Counted from the first letter of the stretch, positions 17,590 to 27,832 are shown. The stretch: DNA of 64,000 nt from Gammaproteobacteria bacterium (GCA_017577365.2 PKRJ02000006.1:2116-66115); one strand, 5' to 3'. The notes: generated from the letters alone by a model not told the origin. Numbers and translations: made by a program.

Positions 17590-19017
17590 ATGGGGGTGAT
17601 TCGTTCGTGCTTCATCGGATTCGCGTTCGCCGCGTGCACGGCGTTCTTGCCGTGCGCGTTCGCCGAATCGTTGCCGGCGCCGGCCGCGCGGGTCTTGACC
17701 GGTCATTCGATCTCGCCGGATGACGTGAGCGTCGTGATCCACGCGCTCGACGACGCCGAGCCCGTGCTCGCGCATGCGCCCGACGCGTCGCGCAATCCCG
17801 CTTCCGTGATGAAGCTCGTGACGACGTGGGCCGCGCTCGAGCTGCTCGGGCCGGCCTATACCTGGCCGACCGAGGTGTATCTCGACGGCGAGCTCGAACG
17901 CGGCAAGCTCGACGGCGATCTCGTGCTCAAGGGTTACGGCGATCCGTTCCTCGTGCTCGAGGAGTTCTGGAAGATGCTGCGCGCGCTGCGCCGCTTGGGG
18001 CTCGAGGAGATCGACGGCGACCTCGTGATCGACGATAGCCACTTCGCCGTGGACGATCCGCCGCCCGGGGAGTTCGACGGCCAGCCGCATCGGACGTACA
18101 ACGTAGTGCCGAATGCGCTGCTCGTGAACTTCAAGGCCGTGAGCTTTCATTTCTTCGCCGATCCCGGCGAGGACAAGGTCCGCGTCGTGCCCGAGCCGCC
18201 GCTCGCGAACCTGAAGATCGTCAACCAGATCCGCTTCGCGGACGGACCGTGCCGCGGATATCAGGCCGGAATCAGCTTCGCCGTCGGCGGCAACGGGCTC
18301 GACGAGGTCCGGCTCGGCGGCGCGTTCCCGCGCCGCTGCGGCTCGTACTCGTTGAGCCGCACCGTTCTCGAGCACGACACGTATGTTTACGGTCTATTCA
18401 GCGCGCTCTGGGAGGAGCTCGGCGGACGCTTCGACGGCAAGCTGCGCAAGGCGACGGTCGCGAGCGACGCGGTGCCGGTGCTGAAGTGGCGCTCGCCGCC
18501 GCTCGCCGACGTCGTGCGCAGCATCAACAAGAACAGCAACAACGTCATGACGCGCCAGCTCGTCTATACGCTCGGCGCGGAGACCGCCGGACCGCCGGGA
18601 ATTCGGGCACACGGTATCGCCGCGATCCGGAACCTGCTCGAGTCGCACGGGCTCGATACGTCGTCGCTCGTGATCGACAACGGGTCGGGCCTTTCGCGCG
18701 ACGAGCGGATCTCGGCGCGCTTGCTCGTCGACATGCTGCGCCGCGCCGCGGCGAGCCCGTACGCGGCGGAGTTCGTCTCGTCCCTGTCGCTCGGCGGTCT
18801 CGACGGCACGACGCGGCGGCGCTTCAACGGCAACTCGGCCGTGATGCACGTGAAGACCGGCCGCCTCGATCACGTCTCGGCGCTCGCGGGATATCTGCGC
18901 GCGGCGAGCGGCAAGGACTATGCGCTCGCGATCATCGTGAACGCGCGCGACGCGCACCGCGGGCCGGGCCAGGAGTTCGAGGAGGCGATCGTGAAGTGGG
19001 CGTACGAGACGCTCTGA
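17590..19017 (+). CDS. dacB: D-alanyl-D-alanine carboxypeptidase/endopeptidase (PBP4, peptidase S13)
   Basis: A signal peptide precedes 'NPASVMKLVTTWAALELLGPAYTW' (SxxK), then 'DNGSGLSR' (SxN) and 'HVKTGRL' (KTG). Confidence 0.85.
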   Translation: MGVIRSCFIGFAFAACTAFLPCAFAESLPAPAARVLTGHSISPDDVSVVIHALDDAEPVLAHAPDASRNPASVMKLVTTWAALELLGPAYTWPTEVYLDGELERGKLDGDLVLKGYGDPFLVLEEFWKMLRALRRLGLEEIDGDLVIDDSHFAVDDPPPGEFDGQPHRTYNVVPNALLVNFKAVSFHFFADPGEDKVRVVPEPPLANLKIVNQIRFADGPCRGYQAGISFAVGGNGLDEVRLGGAFPRRCGSYSLSRTVLEHDTYVYGLFSALWEELGGRFDGKLRKATVASDAVPVLKWRSPPLADVVRSINKNSNNVMTRQLVYTLGAETAGPPGIRAHGIAAIRNLLESHGLDTSSLVIDNGSGLSRDERISARLLVDMLRRAAASPYAAEFVSSLSLGGLDGTTRRRFNGNSAVMHVKTGRLDHVSALAGYLRAASGKDYALAIIVNARDAHRGPGQEFEEAIVKWAYETL

Positions 19018-19067
19018 TCGTCCGGCCTCTTCCTCGGCACACCGCTCATCGGCTCTAATTCGCGCTC

Positions 19068-19556
19068 ATGGAAATCGCACGTAACAAAGTCGTCACGTTC
19101 CATTACGTCCTGACCGACGAGAACGGGGAACGGATCGAATCCTCCGAGGAGAAGGGACGGCCTGCGGCGTACCTGCACGGTCGGAACAATCTGCTGCCGG
19201 GGCTCGAGGCCGAGCTTCAAGGCAAGCGCGCGGGCGACCAGCTGAAAGTGACCGTGCCGCCCGAGCTCGGCTACGGCCTTCGCATCGACGACGCGGTGAA
19301 GCGGGTGCCGATCAAGCATCTCGTGCGGCCGGGCAAGCTTTCCGTCGGCAAGGTCGTGACGGTGAACACGACGGCCGGTCCGCGGCCCGCGACGGTCACG
19401 AAGGTCGGGCGCTTCAACGTCGACGTCGACTTCAATCACCCGCTCGCCGGCAAGACGCTCGTGTTCGACGTCAAGATCCTCGACGTGCGCGACGCGACGG
19501 ACGAGGAGATCGCGCACGGGCACGCGCACGGCCCGGGCGGGCACGAGCACGCGTGA
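19068..19556 (+). CDS. slyD: FKBP-type peptidyl-prolyl isomerase SlyD
   Basis: 'VVTFHYVLTDENGE...YLHG.NNLLPGLEAEL.GK.AGD' plus the IF-domain insert, 'NHPLAGKTLVFDVKILDVR', and a His-rich tail 'HGHAHGPGGHEHA'. Confidence 0.9.
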   Translation: MEIARNKVVTFHYVLTDENGERIESSEEKGRPAAYLHGRNNLLPGLEAELQGKRAGDQLKVTVPPELGYGLRIDDAVKRVPIKHLVRPGKLSVGKVVTVNTTAGPRPATVTKVGRFNVDVDFNHPLAGKTLVFDVKILDVRDATDEEIAHGHAHGPGGHEHA

Positions 19557-20302
19557 CGCGGCGGCAAACGGTGGCCGCCCACACGGAAGCGCAGAAGCGC
19601 CGCGATTACCGCTACTACGACCTGCTGCTCGCGGGCTTCGTCGCGGTGCTGCTCTGCTCGAATCTGATCGGGCCGGCGAAGGTCGCGCAGACGGCCGTGC
19701 CGCTCGTCGGCACGACGCTCGTGTTCGGCGCCGGCAATCTGTTCTTCCCGATCAGCTACGTGTTCGGCGACGTGCTGACCGAGGTCTACGGCTACGCTCG
19801 GATGCGCCGCGCGATCTGGGCCGGCGCGGCGGCGATGGTCTTCGCGTCGGCGATGGCCGCGGGCGTGATCGCGCTGCCGCCGAGTCCCGACGAGCCGTTC
19901 AATGCCGAGTTCCAGCCCGCGCTCGAGCTCGTCTTCGGCAACACGTGGCGCGTGGTGGTCGCTTCGGTGCTCGGCTTCTGGGCCGGCGATTTCGTCAACG
20001 CCTACGTGCTGGCGAAGATGAAAGTGGCGACGCGCGGCCGCTGGCTGTGGATGAGGACGATCGGCTCTACGCTCGTCGGTCAGGGCGTGGATACGCTGAT
20101 CTTCTTCCCCGTGGCGTTCGGCGGCATCTGGACGATCGACACGCTCGCGGCCGTCGTCGCCTTCAGCTGGCTCTTCAAGGTGATGGTCGAGGTCGTGATG
20201 ACCCCGATCACTTATCTCGTGATCGGCGGGTTGAAGCGGCTCGAAGGCGTCGACCACTTCGACACGGATACGCGCTTCACGCCGTTCACGCTGCGCGATT
20301 GA
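19553..20302 (+). CDS. yhhQ: Queuosine-precursor transporter (YhhQ/DUF165 family)
   Basis: 'YRYYDLLLAGFVAVLLCSNLIG.K', 'GAGNLFFPISYVFGDVLTEVYGY' and 'GQGVDTLIFFPVAF'. The GTG start overlaps the slyD stop (GTGA). Confidence 0.85.
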   Translation: MTRRQTVAAHTEAQKRRDYRYYDLLLAGFVAVLLCSNLIGPAKVAQTAVPLVGTTLVFGAGNLFFPISYVFGDVLTEVYGYARMRRAIWAGAAAMVFASAMAAGVIALPPSPDEPFNAEFQPALELVFGNTWRVVVASVLGFWAGDFVNAYVLAKMKVATRGRWLWMRTIGSTLVGQGVDTLIFFPVAFGGIWTIDTLAAVVAFSWLFKVMVEVVMTPITYLVIGGLKRLEGVDHFDTDTRFTPFTLRD

Positions 20303-20305
20303 AGG

Positions 20306-21145
20306 CTAGGGCGCGGTGAGCCATCTCGCGCGGAAGCCGCCCGCGCCGTCGACGGCGAGGCGGCGATGGAGCCACGGGAGGAGCGTCTCGAGCTCCGCGT
20401 CGACGCCGTAGGGAAGATTCGCGATCGCGAGCCCCGAGCCGAGCAGCCCGAAGCCGCCCGCGGGCTCGACCTCGAGCTCGACTCGATAGAACCGCGGCAG
20501 GTCGAGCGCGCAGAGTCTGCGGGCGAACGCGGCGGCTTGCGGTCGGCGCAGCAGCGGATACCAGACGGCGATCACGCCGTTGGTCCAACGTCGATGCAGG
20601 GCCGGCACGACGTCGAGCACGCGCGCGAAGTCGTCGTCGGTCTCGTACGACGGATCGATCAGCACGAGGCCGCGCCGCTCGGGAGGCGGAACGACGGCAA
20701 GCACGCCCTCGAAGCCGTCCCGTCGATGCACGTGCACTTGCCGATCGCGTCGAAACGCCGACTCGAGCGCGGCATGGGCTTTCGGATGAAGCTCGAACAG
20801 CTCGAGACGATCGGTCTCGCGGAGCAGCGCGCGGGCGATCCGCGGAGAGCCGGGATACGTTTCGAGCGCATCCCCGCGGTTGCACGCATCGACGATCTGG
20901 ATATACGCCGCGAGCTCCGGCGGCACCGGACGCTCTTCGAGCACTCGCGCGATCCCTCGCTCGAACTCGCGTCCGCGCTGCGCCTCCGGTGAGCCGAGGT
21001 CGTACGTTCCCGATCCGGCATGAGTGTCGAGCACCCGCATCGGCTTCGGCTTGCGTTGCAGCGCTCGAATCAGCAATGCGAGCACCGAATGCTTCAGGAC
21101 GTCCGCGTGATTGCCGGCGTGGTACTCGTGCTGATAGCTCAACAT
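20306..21145 (-). CDS. rlmJ: 23S rRNA (adenine2030-N6)-methyltransferase RlmJ
   Basis: 'MLSYQHEYHAGNHADVLKHSVL', 'LDTHAGSGTYDL', 'LVLIDPSYE' and 'WYPLL' are the RlmJ signature. Confidence 0.9.
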   Translation of the reverse strand: MLSYQHEYHAGNHADVLKHSVLALLIRALQRKPKPMRVLDTHAGSGTYDLGSPEAQRGREFERGIARVLEERPVPPELAAYIQIVDACNRGDALETYPGSPRIARALLRETDRLELFELHPKAHAALESAFRRDRQVHVHRRDGFEGVLAVVPPPERRGLVLIDPSYETDDDFARVLDVVPALHRRWTNGVIAVWYPLLRRPQAAAFARRLCALDLPRFYRVELEVEPAGGFGLLGSGLAIANLPYGVDAELETLLPWLHRRLAVDGAGGFRARWLTAP

Positions 21146-21277
21146 CGCCGCGACTGCGGAACCGAAGGAGTGCGGATGATACGTGAATTCGCTCGTTGCG
21201 GGAGGGAGCGGAAGCTCCGGCGAAGGGGCGCTCCGAGCCCCGCGCGTCGGGGCCCGAGCTAAGGGATGTGAGCTGGT

Positions 21278-21433
21278 CTACTGCCGGCGGTCGTCCGCCC
21301 CGTCTTCGATGGCGTCGCCCGCGGCCTCGATATCTTCGCCCACGCCTTCGACGGTGTTGCATCCTGCGACGCCGAACAGGCTCGCGGCCGCGGCAACAAT
21401 GCCGATACGTCGAATCGTTTCGGTCAATGACAT
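21278..21433 (-). CDS. Entericidin EcnA/B-family small lipoprotein
   Basis: 'MSLTETIRRIGIVAAAASLFGVAGCNTVEGVGEDIEAAGDAIE' has a VAGC lipobox followed by the GCNT.EG.G.D motif. A GGAG lies upstream of the ATG at 21433. Confidence 0.65.
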   Translation of the reverse strand: MSLTETIRRIGIVAAAASLFGVAGCNTVEGVGEDIEAAGDAIEDGADDRRQ

Positions 21434-21546
21434 TTCTCGATCTCCGTCCTTGAGTCGAAGCGGTCCCGCAGTGGTTCGCCGCGGACCGGAACGCCCGGGT
21501 GCAACATCCATGCCAGTGAATGATCGACTCCGCGCCTGGGCCGTGT

Positions 21547-22464
21547 TCAGTCTTGGAATGCGCCGCCGTTCAGCATCCCCGGGGTGTAGAAGCAGTATTG
21601 ACGTTTGCCTTTGCGCTTCGCGGCGTACATGGCGCGGTCGGCGAGCTCGAGCAGCGTGTCCGGATCGTCTCCCTGATCGGGGAAGACCGCCACGCCGATG
21701 CTCGTCGATACCGGAATCGCTCGGCCGTCGACATAGAAAAGATAGGTCGTCGTCTCGCTCGCCTTGCGCGCGGCAGCGGCCGCATCTTCGCGATCGTGCA
21801 GCCCTTCGAGAATGAGCACGAACTCGTCGCCGCCCATTCTTCCGAGGCTGTCGCCGGCGCGCGCGGCGGCGGTCAAGCGCGCCGCGACGTCTCTCAGCAC
21901 CGCGTCTCCCGCCTGGTGCCCGAAGTTGTCGTTGATCTGCTTGAAGTCGTCGATATCGATCACCATCACGGCTCCGCGGTAGACGCCGCGGCTCGCGTGG
22001 CTGATCGCCTTGCCGAGCTGCCTGAAGAGCTCGCTGCGATTCATCACGCCGGTCAACGGATCGTACGAAGCGGCACGACGCAGCGCGGTCTCCTGTCGAT
22101 GCCGCTCGACGGCGAGCTGCAGCACTTGATGGATGCGCTGCACGGACGTGTTGCCCTTCTGAAGAAAGTCCTGCACGCCGAGCCTGACGAGCTCGAGCGC
22201 GACCGCTTCGAAATTCTTTCCGGTCAGCGCGACGAGCGGCAGATCCGGAGCGACTTGGCGCAGCGTGATCGCCGCGTCGCAGCCGTCCGCGTCCGGCAGC
22301 GTGAGATCGATGAGCGCCACCTCGAGCGGTTCTTTCTGGACGATGTCTTCCGCGTCCTTGAGCTGTGTGACGCGGCGAATTTCGTAGCGGTTATCGAGAT
22401 ACTTCAACGCCTCCGCGAGCGAAGCTGCGGCGTCGACATTGTCCTCGAGCAGTAGAACGCGCAC
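21547..22464 (-). CDS. Response regulator receiver + GGDEF diguanylate cyclase
   Basis: REC domain 'MRVLLLEDN...ALIDLTLPDADG'. GGDEF domain with an intact 'GGDEF' and an I-site 'RAGD' 5 residues upstream. Confidence 0.9.
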   Translation of the reverse strand: MRVLLLEDNVDAAASLAEALKYLDNRYEIRRVTQLKDAEDIVQKEPLEVALIDLTLPDADGCDAAITLRQVAPDLPLVALTGKNFEAVALELVRLGVQDFLQKGNTSVQRIHQVLQLAVERHRQETALRRAASYDPLTGVMNRSELFRQLGKAISHASRGVYRGAVMVIDIDDFKQINDNFGHQAGDAVLRDVAARLTAAARAGDSLGRMGGDEFVLILEGLHDREDAAAAARKASETTTYLFYVDGRAIPVSTSIGVAVFPDQGDDPDTLLELADRAMYAAKRKGKRQYCFYTPGMLNGGAFQD

Positions 22465-22641
22465 GGATCGAGATTTGGAGTACCAACCGCCGCGAGGTCA
22501 GCAAGAATCGTACCATTGCGTCTGGAGCCGTTTTCGCGGTTTTTCTCGTCGACGCGTCGCGCGTCGGCACATTCGTTACACGTGCGGCGTCATGCGCCGG
22601 CACGCGCGTCGATTAGTGTCACGGTCAATATATTCTGAATC

Positions 22642-23859
22642 TCAAAATGAAAGTTCGGCGCGGAGCGTGATCACGTCGAGGCCGACGGCCGCTGCCCGCA
22701 CCGCGTTCGATTCGTCCGTGTCGACGATTCGCGACCAATCGAGCATCGTGCGGACGTGCCGGTTGACGTACCAATTCGCGCCGAGCGTCAAGCGTTCCTC
22801 GTCGCCGCCGACGAACGCTCCGTCGTTGAGATCGAGCGAAGCGTAGCGGGCGACGAGCTCCCATGTTCCGCCGCCGGCGCCGCGCGAGAACGCGCGCGTC
22901 GGCTGAAGCCGCTGGAACTTGCCCGATTCGAGCGAATACGCGTCGGCCCTCGACTCGCCGCCGATGGTCCATGCCGCGCCGATGTGCCAGGCGTCGAAGC
23001 TCGCGGAAGAGGCGCCGCGGTCGACGTCGGCGAGGGTGTATTCGGCGAACAAGGAAAACGGTCCGGATACGAGCGCGGCCTCGGGCCCCACGAGCACGAC
23101 GCGCTCGACGTCCGCGAGCGGCCCGGTGTCGACGATGTGGAGCGACGAGAAGTCGGTCGTCTCGTCGCGAATCCGGACCGGCTCGGCCGCGGCGTCGGGC
23201 TCGCGATACGCGGCGCGCACGGCGAGATGCACGACGCGGCTCGTTTCGGCGACCGGCGCGTAGACGAAGCGGGCGGTCGTGCCCCAGCCGCTGCCGCTTT
23301 CGCCGGCCCGCTCGCCGTAGACGCCCGCCGCGGCGAACCAGCGTCCGCGACTCAGGTCGATGCGAACCCCGACCGCGCGGTCGACGAACGGGGCGATGAG
23401 CGCGGCGTCGATGCCCCTTTCGACGAACGGCAGATCGTTCGAGCTCGTCTCGAGCGCCAGGCTGTACGGCTGCTTCACGTGGCCGGCCGTGATGCCGATG
23501 CCGTCGAACCCGTCGTAGCGCAGCCAGAAATCCCGCACGGGCTGGTCCGGATCGGCGGCATCGACCTCGGCCGTGAAACTCCAGTCGCCGTCGAGCCTCC
23601 CGCTCAGCTTGATGCGCGCGCGCCGGAGGTCCGCCCCGTCGGTCGCGCGCGCCGGCGGGTCGTCGCCTCGATGCCTGGAGACGTGGACGTGGAGACGGCC
23701 GCCGAGCGTGAGCTCGAACGGGGTCTGCACCGGCACGGCGTTGCGCTCCGTCGCGTCAACGGGAGAGCCGGCCGGGACCGAGTCCTCGGAGACATGGCCG
23801 GCTCGCGCGGCGGCGACGAGCGGCAACGCCAACGCGAGCGGCAGGAGCGCGAATCGCAT
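22642..23859 (-). CDS. OprO/OprP-family (phosphate-selective-type) porin
   Basis: Signal peptide 'MRFALLPLALALPLVAAARA'. The sequence has beta-barrel periodicity, contains 'LRRARIKLSGRL' and 'GANWYVNRHVRTMLDW', and ends in Phe. ATG 23859 is preferred over 23922. Confidence 0.75.
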   Translation of the reverse strand: MRFALLPLALALPLVAAARAGHVSEDSVPAGSPVDATERNAVPVQTPFELTLGGRLHVHVSRHRGDDPPARATDGADLRRARIKLSGRLDGDWSFTAEVDAADPDQPVRDFWLRYDGFDGIGITAGHVKQPYSLALETSSNDLPFVERGIDAALIAPFVDRAVGVRIDLSRGRWFAAAGVYGERAGESGSGWGTTARFVYAPVAETSRVVHLAVRAAYREPDAAAEPVRIRDETTDFSSLHIVDTGPLADVERVVLVGPEAALVSGPFSLFAEYTLADVDRGASSASFDAWHIGAAWTIGGESRADAYSLESGKFQRLQPTRAFSRGAGGGTWELVARYASLDLNDGAFVGGDEERLTLGANWYVNRHVRTMLDWSRIVDTDESNAVRAAAVGLDVITLRAELSF

Positions 23860-24146
23860 CGTGTTTCGAAATATCCAGTACGGATGACGGCGGCTGCGCG
23901 ATCGTGCCTGCGGCGCGCGCAACCCGTCTCGAGCCCGTGCTCGTGTTACGATCGGTGACGATCCTATGATCGCGATGTGACGGTTCAGTTACGCTCGAGC
24001 CTGGCCGTTTCGAGCGCTCGCTCGCATTTTTCGCAACGGATTTCCAATTTCTGGGTCGTATGGTGTTAGTATCCCCGCCGTCGGAGTGCCGCTCGACGGT
24101 TATTGCGGCCTACTAAGTATCTCTCTGGGGGGAATAAGACGGTTTC

Positions 24147-24180
24147 GGGCTTGAGCCGCGCTGCGCGCGGCAGCAAGCCC
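24147..24180 (+). other. GC-rich two-tier hairpin in the 5' leader of the S9 peptidase gene
   Basis: Outer pairing gggcttg / caagccc (7 bp) encloses inner pairing gccgcgc / gcgcggc (7 bp) with a 3-nt loop. No T-tract follows. It ends 35 nt before the GTG at 24215. Confidence 0.4.
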
Positions 24181-24214
24181 CGCATGGCTCGACGTAACGG
24201 AGGGCGAGCGCCTC

Positions 24215-26794
24215 GTGGTCGAGGAAAGGACGACTAGCACCGAACGACGCGTGAAACAGCCGCTCATCGCCCGCCTCCGCGCCGCCGTCGGCAGCGTCAA
24301 GGAGGCGACCGAGGCGAGATTCGTACGCGAAATGTCCCGTACGCTCGCCGAGCGGCTCCGCGCGGTCGTTCCGTCGTGCAGATCGAACGTGCTCGCCGTT
24401 CCGTGCGCTCGTGCGCGGCTCCTCGCGGCAGGGGGCCTCACAGCGGTCGGCTTCGCCGCCGCGGCGCCCGAGGTCACGGTCGCATCCGCGTTGCTCCCGC
24501 CGCCCGAGGTCGTGCGCCTGCTGGAGGCCGAGCCCCTGCCGAGGCTGTCGCGGGATCCGAGCCGCCGACATCTCTTGCTCGTGCACGAGCATCGATTGCT
24601 GCCGACGAGTCATCTCGACGAGCCTGCGGTCGCGGTCGTCGGATACAAGGTCAACCCGCGAACGTACGGCCGCCACGCGCCGATCGCGTACTACGGGCTG
24701 ACGCTCGTCGATCTCGCGAGCGGCGAAGAGCGGAGGCTCGACGTTCCGTCGGACGCCGTGATCGGTTATCCGTTCTGGTCGGCCGACGGGCAGCGCTTCG
24801 CGTTCACGGTGACCGTCGGCGACGGCATCGAGCTTTGGATCGGCGATCCGGCCCGGCGCAGCGTTCGTCGCCTGATCGGGCCCGAGCTCAACGGCACGCT
24901 CGGCGCGCCGTGCACGTGGATGCCGGACAATCGGCGCGTGCTCTGTCGGCTCATCGACGGCGAGAAGCGCCGTTTCTCGATCTCGCCGAGCGCATCCGAT
25001 CTGTTCTGGCTGACCGGATCGACCGCGATGCAGAGCCTGTCTCAGCAGGCGCTCGACCCGTGGATGGTTCGTCAGCTCATCGAATCGCAGCTCACGCTGA
25101 TCGACACCGAGACGGGCTTCCGCCAGAAGGTCGGCTCGCCGGCAGCAGTCGAAGCCGTCGATCCCGCGCCGAGCGGCGCGTTCCTGCTGGTAGCGAGGAT
25201 CGTGCCGCCGTACCCGCAGGTTTCGGGCGTCGACGGGCCTTTGCGCACGATCGAGGTGTGGGATCGCTTCGGTAACGTCGTCAAAACGTTCCCGGCCAGC
25301 GGCAGTCAGCCGAACGCGCCTCGCGCGATGCAGTGGCATGCGTCGATGCCGGCGACGCTCGTCTGGGCGGAACGTTACGGCGACGGCGACCGGCTCATGC
25401 GCCTCGCCGCGCCGTTCACGGGAAATCCGGCCGAGCTGTTCCGCTCGGAGAACGGCTACGCGGGGCTCGAGTGGCTCGAGGATCGTCCCGATGCGCTCTT
25501 CAGCGAGTACGACGCGGCGAAAAGGATCAGGCGCCACTGGCTGATCGGGTGGCACGGCGGCGAAGCGAAGCTGCTCGCCGAGGGCAGCGTGGACTCGGCG
25601 TACTCGGGCTTCGGCCGTCCGATGCACACGATGAACGCTTTCGGCAAGGAAGTCGTCGAGGTGCACGACGGCGCGATCTTCCTGCGCGGCGTCGCGGCGT
25701 CCGATCGCGGTGCCGTGAGCTACGTCGAAAGGATGAGCCTCGAGACGCTCGAGACCGAGCGCCTCTGGGCTTCCGACGGGAACGCGCACGAGAGCGTGCT
25801 CGGATTGCTCGCAGACGACGGAAGCGCGATTCTCACGCGCCGCGAAACGGCGAGCGATCCGCCGAACTACTACGCGCACACCCGCGCGGGAACGGCACCG
25901 ATCACCCAATACGAGCATCCGGCGCCCGCGCTCAAAGCGGTGAAGCGGATTCCGCTCCGCTATCGACGGGCGGACGGGCTCCGCCTTTCCGCGAACTTGT
26001 TCCTGCCGCCCGAGAACGAGTCGCTCGAGCCGCTGCCGCTCATCGTCTGGGCGTATCCGCGCGTGTACGGCGAGAACACCGAGGCGGTCGAGACGATCAA
26101 CGCCGAGCAGTTCCCGTCGTTCGAGCGCGCCTTCAAGCTGTTCTACCTGCTGCAGGGCTATGCCGTGCTCGACGACGTCTCGATGCCGGTCGTCGGCAAC
26201 GTCGCGACGGCGAACGACACCTTCATCGAGCAGATCGTGAACAACGCGCTCGCCGCGATCGAAGCCGCGGCGGCGACCGGTTTCGTCGATCGCGAGCGAG
26301 TCGCGGTCGCGGGGCACAGCTACGGCGCGTTCATGGTGGCGAACCTGCTCGCGCATTCGGACTTGTTCGACGCCGGCGCCGCGCTGAGCGGCGCGTACAA
26401 CCGCACGTTGACGCCGTTCGGATTCCAGACCGAGCGCCGCTCGCTGTGGGAGGCCCGCGAGACGTATCTCGCGATGTCACCGTTCCTCTACTCGAACATG
26501 ATCAACGAGCCGCTGCTGCTCGTGCACGGCTTGCTCGACGACAACGCCGGCACGCCGCCGATCCAGTCGATCCAGTTCTACGAGGCGATTCGACACAACG
26601 GCGGAAATGCCGATATTCTGCTGCTGCCGCGCGAGGGCCATTCGTATCGCGGACGGGATTCGGTGCTCGCGACCGCAGCGACGATGCTCGAGTTCTTCGA
26701 TCGTCACTTGAAGCGGCAAGATACGCGCGAGCCGACGCGTCCGGTGACGTTGCGGGCTTCCGCGACGGACCAGAGCGCGACGCTCGCGCGCTGA
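24215..26794 (+). CDS. Prolyl oligopeptidase (S9) family serine peptidase with N-terminal beta-propeller
   Basis: C-terminal catalytic domain with 'VAVAGHSYGAFM' (GxSxG), 'LLLVHGLLDDNAG' and 'PREGHSY'. The start is uncertain (GTG 24215 with GGAGGG upstream, or ATG 24332). Confidence 0.85.
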   Translation: MVEERTTSTERRVKQPLIARLRAAVGSVKEATEARFVREMSRTLAERLRAVVPSCRSNVLAVPCARARLLAAGGLTAVGFAAAAPEVTVASALLPPPEVVRLLEAEPLPRLSRDPSRRHLLLVHEHRLLPTSHLDEPAVAVVGYKVNPRTYGRHAPIAYYGLTLVDLASGEERRLDVPSDAVIGYPFWSADGQRFAFTVTVGDGIELWIGDPARRSVRRLIGPELNGTLGAPCTWMPDNRRVLCRLIDGEKRRFSISPSASDLFWLTGSTAMQSLSQQALDPWMVRQLIESQLTLIDTETGFRQKVGSPAAVEAVDPAPSGAFLLVARIVPPYPQVSGVDGPLRTIEVWDRFGNVVKTFPASGSQPNAPRAMQWHASMPATLVWAERYGDGDRLMRLAAPFTGNPAELFRSENGYAGLEWLEDRPDALFSEYDAAKRIRRHWLIGWHGGEAKLLAEGSVDSAYSGFGRPMHTMNAFGKEVVEVHDGAIFLRGVAASDRGAVSYVERMSLETLETERLWASDGNAHESVLGLLADDGSAILTRRETASDPPNYYAHTRAGTAPITQYEHPAPALKAVKRIPLRYRRADGLRLSANLFLPPENESLEPLPLIVWAYPRVYGENTEAVETINAEQFPSFERAFKLFYLLQGYAVLDDVSMPVVGNVATANDTFIEQIVNNALAAIEAAAATGFVDRERVAVAGHSYGAFMVANLLAHSDLFDAGAALSGAYNRTLTPFGFQTERRSLWEARETYLAMSPFLYSNMINEPLLLVHGLLDDNAGTPPIQSIQFYEAIRHNGGNADILLLPREGHSYRGRDSVLATAATMLEFFDRHLKRQDTREPTRPVTLRASATDQSATLAR

Positions 26795-27067
26795 AGGATC
26801 GGCGAAAAAGGCGAGCACTTCCGTGTGCTCTCGCGGCTGCTCATCCGAGTTGATCAGCCTCGACTCCGATACCCGCACGAGTCACGGTAGTGCGTCGCTC
26901 GGCGCGCGCCAACCTGTCTGCGCGCGGCGACAGGGCAATCTTGCGGATCAGACGGTGTGCCGGGATGGCCGGCCGACGCGAGCCTCGGTACGTTGGTCGT
27001 CCTGGCGGAGCTAAACTCGACGCTTTCGAGCCGGAGCACGGACGTGAAGAGCGGTTATTGGCAAGAC

Positions 27068-27832
27068 ATGACGACGAGCGATTTCGCGGACGTCGATCCC
27101 GAGTCCTCGATCGCGCTGTTGCCGGTCGCGGCAGTCGAGCAGCACGGGCCGCACCTTCCGCTCGGCACCGACGCGATGATCGTGAACGCCGCATCCCGCG
27201 CACTGCTCGACCGCGTGCCGCCCGGCGTTACGCTCCTCGTCCTCCCGGCGCTCGAGATCGGTCACAGCCCGGAGCACGAGTCGTTCGCGGGGACGCTGAG
27301 CGCGGATGCTTCGACGCTGCTCGATCTCTGGACCGAGGTCGGTCGGCGCGTCGCCGCCGCGGGCGTGCGCAAGCTGATCGTGCTGAACGCGCACGGCGGA
27401 CAGAAATCGCTCGTCGATCTCGTGGCGGTGCGTCTGCGCCGCGAGCAGCGCATGCTCGTCGTGCGCGCGAGCACGTTCTCGTTCGGTGTGCCGCCCGGGC
27501 TCTTCGACGCGCGCGAGCGGATGAACGGGCTGCACGGCGGAGACCTCGAGACGTCGCTGATGCTCTACTTGCGGCCGGACCTGGTGCGAAAGGACGCGCT
27601 CGCGGATTTCGGCGGACTGCCGGAGCGGCTCGCCGCGGACAACGAAGTCCTCGGCGTCGAGAAGCCGATCGGCTTCGGCTGGATGAGCGAGGACTTGAGT
27701 CCCGCGGGCGTCACCGGCAACGCGGCCGCCGCGACCGCCGACAAGGGCAGGGCGTGCTTCGAGCATATCGTCGCGCAGCTCGCGAAGCTCGTCGCCGAGG
27801 TCGCGGCCGCGCCGTTGTCGATGTTGAAGTAA
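27068..27832 (+). CDS. Creatininase (creatinine amidohydrolase) family protein
   Basis: 'ALLPVAAVEQHGPHLPLGTDA', 'GHSPEH', 'VLNAHGGQ' and 'LHGGDLETS' are family motifs. Confidence 0.85.
   Translation: MTTSDFADVDPESSIALLPVAAVEQHGPHLPLGTDAMIVNAASRALLDRVPPGVTLLVLPALEIGHSPEHESFAGTLSADASTLLDLWTEVGRRVAAAGVRKLIVLNAHGGQKSLVDLVAVRLRREQRMLVVRASTFSFGVPPGLFDARERMNGLHGGDLETSLMLYLRPDLVRKDALADFGGLPERLAADNEVLGVEKPIGFGWMSEDLSPAGVTGNAAAATADKGRACFEHIVAQLAKLVAEVAAAPLSMLK

Noticed and set aside
16414-18375. 653-aa minus-strand ORF spanning the AKR and dacB regions
   Set aside because: It is out of frame with the AKR gene and antisense to dacB. It is Arg/Pro/Gly-rich with no motifs.
22550-22566. Palindrome cgacgcg-tcg-cgcgtcg downstream of the porin gene, considered as a terminator (coordinates approximate)
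   Set aside because: On the minus strand an A-rich stretch, not a T-rich one, follows it. No plus-strand gene ends here. It does not fit an intrinsic terminator.
24113-26356. 747-aa minus-strand ORF
   Set aside because: It is antisense to the S9 peptidase gene, and only that gene shows catalytic-triad motifs. Its composition is shadow-ORF-like.
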